Part shown: in pieces, positions 59,916 through 64,000 of the stretch
Numbering within the stretch: the first letter of the stretch is position 1
Layout: the number at the start of each line of letters is the position of its first letter
Assembly: GCA_049320885.1 (NCBI GenBank)
Contig: JBMORA010000047.1
Span: forward strand, 14,754-78,753
From: Thermodesulfobacteriota bacterium
GTDB taxonomy: Bacteria; Desulfobacterota; Desulfobacteria; Desulfobacterales; SURF-7
Length of the DNA stretch: 64,000 bases
Direction: 5' to 3'
Program-made: the position numbers and the translations under genes
Notes under the pieces: generated by a model
Database searches by the model: none
What the model was told of the DNA's origin: nothing
What the model saw: the letters and a program-made list of their open reading frames with translations, nothing else

Positions 59916-61078
59916 TGTACTAACTCCACCGGAGATCCATTGGTCAGTTGAGATGGCGGGGAAACAACGATCCGGGTTCCGTCCGCGATTCCCGATATCA
60001 CTTCCATCCGGTCGCCGGCCGGGCTGCCGACGCGAATCAGGCGGAAGCGGGCCGTCCGTTCAGCATCGATGATGAAGACGCCCGTCAGCTGTCCGTGGTG
60101 GACCAGGGCCGAGCGGGGAATCCGGATCATCGGCTTCTCGCCCACCGGCAGGCTGACCCGGGCGAACATCCCCGACCGGAGACCCTCCGCCTGGGCGATG
60201 ACCACCTGCACCATGAACGAACGGCTGATTTGATCGGCGGTGGGAACAATGACGAAAACGGTGCCCTCCATGGGCGTATCGCCGATGGCCGGGATGCGCA
60301 CTTCCACTTTTTGTTCCAGGCGGATGGCCTGGATATGGGTTTCCGGCACCACCAGGTCGATGCGGTAGGCGCCGACACCCTCGATGGTCAAAAGCGGGGA
60401 GCCCGGCGAGGCCAGGTCTCCCGCATCCACTTGTTTGGCGGTCACCTTGCCGTCAAAGGGGGCGAGTACCCGGGCGTCTTTCCTGGACACATCCACGCTT
60501 TCCTTTTCCGCAAGGACCTGTTTGACCCGGTGACCGGCCGCCTCCAACATGGATTTCGCCTGGGACAGGGCGGCATTGGCTTTTTTATACTGGGCTTCGA
60601 TCTGCTCGAAGTCCTGTCGGGTGATGGCGCTTCCCGCCAGCATCTTCCGGCCCCGGTTATACGCCGATAGGGCTTGTTCGGCTTCCGCCTCGGCGGCCTT
60701 TAAAGCCGATACGGCCGCGGCTTCTGCCTTTCTGGATTCCTCCAGGGCTGCTTCGGCCTGGTTGAGCCGGGCGATCACCTGACGCTCGTCCAGCAGGACG
60801 AGGGTGTCCCCCTTGCGGATCCTGTCGCCTTCCTTGACATCCACTGCGATGACGGTCCCCATGAGTTTGCTGGAAATGGTGGCGGAAACCTGGGCTTTGA
60901 CACTGCCGACGGCATCGTAGAGGATGGGGTAGGTCGCGGAGTTCACCTCTTCGACCTGGACGGCGATGGCCGGGCCTTTTTTCGGGGCCGTGTTGCCCGG
61001 CTCGATTTTTTCACCGCAACCCGTTAGCGGGAAGCTGATCAACAGAAGTGAAAGCGCCAAATAGCAGGGAGTTCGCAT
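59912..61078 (-). CDS. RND periplasmic adaptor (MFP) lipoprotein
   Basis: Lipobox LTGC, VKEGDRI, APFDGKV, LRSGMF; ATGA overlap with the permease. Confidence 0.92.
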   Translation of the reverse strand: MRTPCYLALSLLLISFPLTGCGEKIEPGNTAPKKGPAIAVQVEEVNSATYPILYDAVGSVKAQVSATISSKLMGTVIAVDVKEGDRIRKGDTLVLLDERQVIARLNQAEAALEESRKAEAAAVSALKAAEAEAEQALSAYNRGRKMLAGSAITRQDFEQIEAQYKKANAALSQAKSMLEAAGHRVKQVLAEKESVDVSRKDARVLAPFDGKVTAKQVDAGDLASPGSPLLTIEGVGAYRIDLVVPETHIQAIRLEQKVEVRIPAIGDTPMEGTVFVIVPTADQISRSFMVQVVIAQAEGLRSGMFARVSLPVGEKPMIRIPRSALVHHGQLTGVFIIDAERTARFRLIRVGSPAGDRMEVISGIADGTRIVVSPPSQLTNGSPVELVQ

Positions 61079-61245
61079 GGGGCATTTCCTTTTGGTTGGA
61101 GATGGAAAAAGGGAACATCGCACAATGTGATAAATTCTTTACCGGTAAAATGCGTGGCTGTCAACGGGAATGGCACGGCTGAACCGCTGGAATTGCTTGA
61201 CGAATCGCCGGACAGGTGAAAAGACGAAGCCGGGCGGCGATACAC

Positions 61246-61274
61246 TTGACAGGCTTGGGATGGCCGCTTAGATT
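61246..61274 (+). promoter_or_regulatory. sigma70 promoter of the yceI pair
   Basis: TTGACA-17-TAGATT. Confidence 0.55.
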
Positions 61275-61357
61275 GGGAAATAGTTTATTTCAGCAACAAA
61301 TACTGCCGATGAAAGGATGCGGTCCGCTTCGTTGCCACGGTTCCAGGGAGGTTCGCC

Positions 61358-62803
61358 ATGCGGTATTTACCGATTGTATGGGCGCTTTGCTGTATCGCGG
61401 CAACAGCCGCGGCCGGAACGGAACAACTGATCGTTCTGATCCAGGACCGGCCCACGGAGGTGGCCAGGAGATTCCGGACGGATTTCCTTCCGCCCATCGA
61501 GCGGTTGGCCGGGGAGCTGGGAGTCACCGTCGCTGTCCGCGCCGTAAGCGACCAGGCTCCGGCCGAAGTGGCCATCACCCCCCTGCTGATTTTTCAGAAT
61601 GCGCGGGGACGATCGATCTATCAAGGCCGTCCGAACACGCTGGATCGCATCCGGAATTTCATCCGGACCGCCCGTCATGTCCCTCAAGGGTCGACGGCCC
61701 TCTCGCGCGTGCATACGGCCGTGTGGAGCATGGGCCGCGCAACGATCTGGGCGCCCGTGAAGATCACACCCTTGAGCGGGAGCCTGCCGGAGGCCTTTGA
61801 CCCGGAGGCTTTCCGGAAGGAAGCGCTCCAGGCGGTGTATAGCGGCTTCCGGCATTTCAGAGTCGTTTCGGAAGTGGAATTGGGGCGGGCCGACCGGGGT
61901 TTTTACCTGGACGTCTATCCCTACCGGTCCAGGGAAGGCGTCCTGTTTCTGTCGCTGGCGGTGTATTCCCAATTCCATTGCCATCATCCGGTGTATCATA
62001 CCGGTGATACCCCGTTGATGGGTTCCTGGGAACAGCGCGGGCGCCTGTTTGAGGAGGCGGCCCGGAAAATGGAAGCGGTGGTGCGGGAAAAAGCCGCCGA
62101 CCCTTTCGGCGGGGACGGGTTTGATCCGGTGGACGGCAGGGTCGCGGCTGTCACCTGGGAGGAATTCGGTTTTCCATTGCCGCCGGCTGACCCAACGGAA
62201 AGCCGGCGCTTCGTCGGCGACGAGATTCCGCGTCACTGGAAATTGCGCAGCCCGGCCCCCCTCGATCCGCCGCTCATCCAGTTCCGCTTCCCGCCGCCCC
62301 TGGATAACCACGCCGGTGAAGTCGTGGACGGGACCGGCGAATTCCATCTGCCGGGGGATTTGCAAGCCGGGGCCGCGACCGGCTCCATCCAGGTCCAAGC
62401 CGCTTCCGTCACCATGGGGCAGAAGGAACTGGATCAATTCATTCACGGCAGCATGGTGTTGAATGCGGCCCGGTTTCCCGTCGCATCCTTTACCATAACC
62501 GCCGGTGACGACGAGGGCGAAATCCCGGCGTTCGGACGTCTTTGCCGGGTGGCCTACAGCGGGAATTTCAGCATGAAGGGCAAGACCATGCCTCTGAATG
62601 CGGCCCTGGAGATCGAGCCGGTGGTCACGGCCGAGGGCGAAAAACGGCTGTTGATGCGGGGCGGTTTCCAGATCGATTTGAAGGCGTTTGACATCCAAGG
62701 CCCGGACGGTCCGGAGCCGGCCAATCACCTGTTGCTTTTTGACGTTCATTTCACCCTGGAACCGGCTGAAACAGCGCCGGGCGTCAGCAATGGCAATTCA
62801 TAA
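61358..62803 (+). CDS. Exported multidomain protein with C-terminal YceI-like domain
   Basis: Signal peptide; SVTMG..ELD.FI....LNAARFP..SF, GNFSMKG, FQIDLKAFDI. Confidence 0.7.
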   Translation: MRYLPIVWALCCIAATAAAGTEQLIVLIQDRPTEVARRFRTDFLPPIERLAGELGVTVAVRAVSDQAPAEVAITPLLIFQNARGRSIYQGRPNTLDRIRNFIRTARHVPQGSTALSRVHTAVWSMGRATIWAPVKITPLSGSLPEAFDPEAFRKEALQAVYSGFRHFRVVSEVELGRADRGFYLDVYPYRSREGVLFLSLAVYSQFHCHHPVYHTGDTPLMGSWEQRGRLFEEAARKMEAVVREKAADPFGGDGFDPVDGRVAAVTWEEFGFPLPPADPTESRRFVGDEIPRHWKLRSPAPLDPPLIQFRFPPPLDNHAGEVVDGTGEFHLPGDLQAGAATGSIQVQAASVTMGQKELDQFIHGSMVLNAARFPVASFTITAGDDEGEIPAFGRLCRVAYSGNFSMKGKTMPLNAALEIEPVVTAEGEKRLLMRGGFQIDLKAFDIQGPDGPEPANHLLLFDVHFTLEPAETAPGVSNGNS

Positions 62804-62825
62804 CCGTTACGGAAAGGAGATCGAC

Positions 62826-63413
62826 ATGCGGACATTTTCCTGCAATAATAAGATGATGATTATGTTGACGGCGCTGGCGGTGCTCGGCGCTTCGCGGCCC
62901 GTGGCCGCCCGAACCTACACCATCGATCCGGTGCATTCCTCCGTGGTGTTCAAGATTTCCCACCTCGGGGTCAGCCAATTTTACGGCCGCTTCAACAATC
63001 CCGCCGGAATCCTTGAATTCGACGAGCAGCAGCCGGAAAAAAGCCGGATCGAAGTGACGGTGATGAGCAAGGAGATCGACACGGCCAATGAAAAGCGTGA
63101 TACTCACCTTAAGAGCCCGGATTTTTTCAATATCGACGTTTATCCAGCCATCCGCTTCGTCAGCAGGCAGGTCCAAAAGGCGGCTGAGCGGAACTACCTG
63201 GTCAGCGGAGAACTCACATTCCTCGGTGTCACCAAACCCCTGGTGGTGACCGGCACGTATGTGGGCGCCGGAAAGGACCCCTGGGGCGGCAACCGGATCG
63301 GCTTTGAGACCGCCTTCACCATCCGGCGCAGCGATTTCGGCATGAATTTCATGCCCGAGTCCCTGGGGGATGAAGTCGAGATCATTGTCGGGATCGAGGG
63401 GATGGGGAAATAG
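62826..63413 (+). CDS. yceI: YceI family lipid/polyisoprenoid-binding protein
   Basis: YTIDPVHS, GRFN, RDTHLKSPDFF, DPWG, IRRSDFG; GGAAAGGAG RBS. Confidence 0.92.
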   Translation: MRTFSCNNKMMIMLTALAVLGASRPVAARTYTIDPVHSSVVFKISHLGVSQFYGRFNNPAGILEFDEQQPEKSRIEVTVMSKEIDTANEKRDTHLKSPDFFNIDVYPAIRFVSRQVQKAAERNYLVSGELTFLGVTKPLVVTGTYVGAGKDPWGGNRIGFETAFTIRRSDFGMNFMPESLGDEVEIIVGIEGMGK

Positions 63414-63423
63414 CCCGGTCGGG

Positions 63424-63467
63424 ATGGGGGATTGCACCTTCATTTCCTCGTCGGGTCAGTCCCCCAT
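63424..63467. repeat. REP-like imperfect inverted pair next to RAYT
   Basis: ATGGGGGATTGCACC-N14-GGGTCAGTCCCCCAT, 15 nt from the RAYT stop. Confidence 0.55.
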
Positions 63468-63482
63468 TTTTCCCTTTGCCTC

Positions 63483-64000
63483 TTATACTTCCGCAAGCCG
63501 TTTCAGGGAATAGATTCCATCAAGACCCTTGATGCGCTTGGGCTTTTTCTCCCGGGTGGTGTGAAAATGACCCTTGAACCGCTGGTACAGGCCGGAGACA
63601 AAGGCCTTGCTGCCGATGATGCCGGAATCGGAAAAATAGCGGGTGCGAAACAGAAACCGGTCCACCCGCGAGACCTGAAAACCTTTTTTCCGTTCCTTTT
63701 CCAGAGTTGTTCTTTTGATTACCCGTTCATTTTCATCCTTCAAACTTCTTCCTTCATTTTTCGGTAAGGCTCCGGCTTCATACACATATTTCCGGTACCG
63801 CATTAGTCGTTCCTCCTTGCCGGCCACGCCGAACTCGGTCAGCCCGAATTCCCAGGACAGGAAATCATCCCGGTTGCCGGTCTGGAAATGATAGCCCATG
63901 GAACTCCAGCGGTATTCTTCCGGCCGGGCCGCGAGACCGGCGCGGATGGGGTTGAGATCGATATAGGCCAGGCAGTTGATCAGGGTTTCGCCGTTTTCCA
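63483..64000 (-). mobile_element. Second RAYT transposase, 3' part (runs off the window)
   Basis: ENGETLINCLAYIDLNP...FLFRTRYFSDSGIIGS...YSLKRL; clear paralog of 53468-54334. Confidence 0.88.

Noticed and set aside
61171..61190. sigma54 site TGGCACGG
   Set aside because: No TTGC at the -12 position

Overview
GC-rich bacterial chromosomal segment. Gene content (IorAB, rubrerythrin, PxxKW-type Cys-rich protein, pilin, MCPs) points to an anaerobic Desulfobacterota (deltaproteobacterium); this is an inference. About 50 coding regions. Housekeeping and envelope genes include queF, asd, waaA, kdsD, pfkA, hemL, mpl, an RluA-type synthase, a sirtuin and dedA. Other modules are a MarR-FadH-like unit, a DUF2868/DUF3482 GTPase pair, a rhizobial-type glycerol ABC operon (glpR-glpSTPQUV) followed by twin MCPs, a two-SBP/hybrid-kinase module, an RND pump divergent from tandem YceI genes, and a decayed AT-richer accessory patch (52.45-54.8 kb: TA genes, RAYT transposase, AAA remnant). 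No tRNA, rRNA or CRISPR was seen. The strongest unexplained signals are: (1) a ~70-nt orphan transcription unit at 26.3 kb with a strong sigma70 promoter, a CU-rich anti-SD 5' end and an intrinsic terminator; (2) an AAA_14/DUF4143 ATPase-nuclease gene whose promoter is enclosed by a perfect 20-bp inverted repeat and predicts a leaderless mRNA; (3) twin chemoreceptors with duplicated sensors but different signalling domains; (4) a RelE-like toxin broken by one base in an A-run; (5) an AAA/RAYT deletion chimera; (6) several operator-like repeats. All family calls come from motif recognition by eye; no searches were run.
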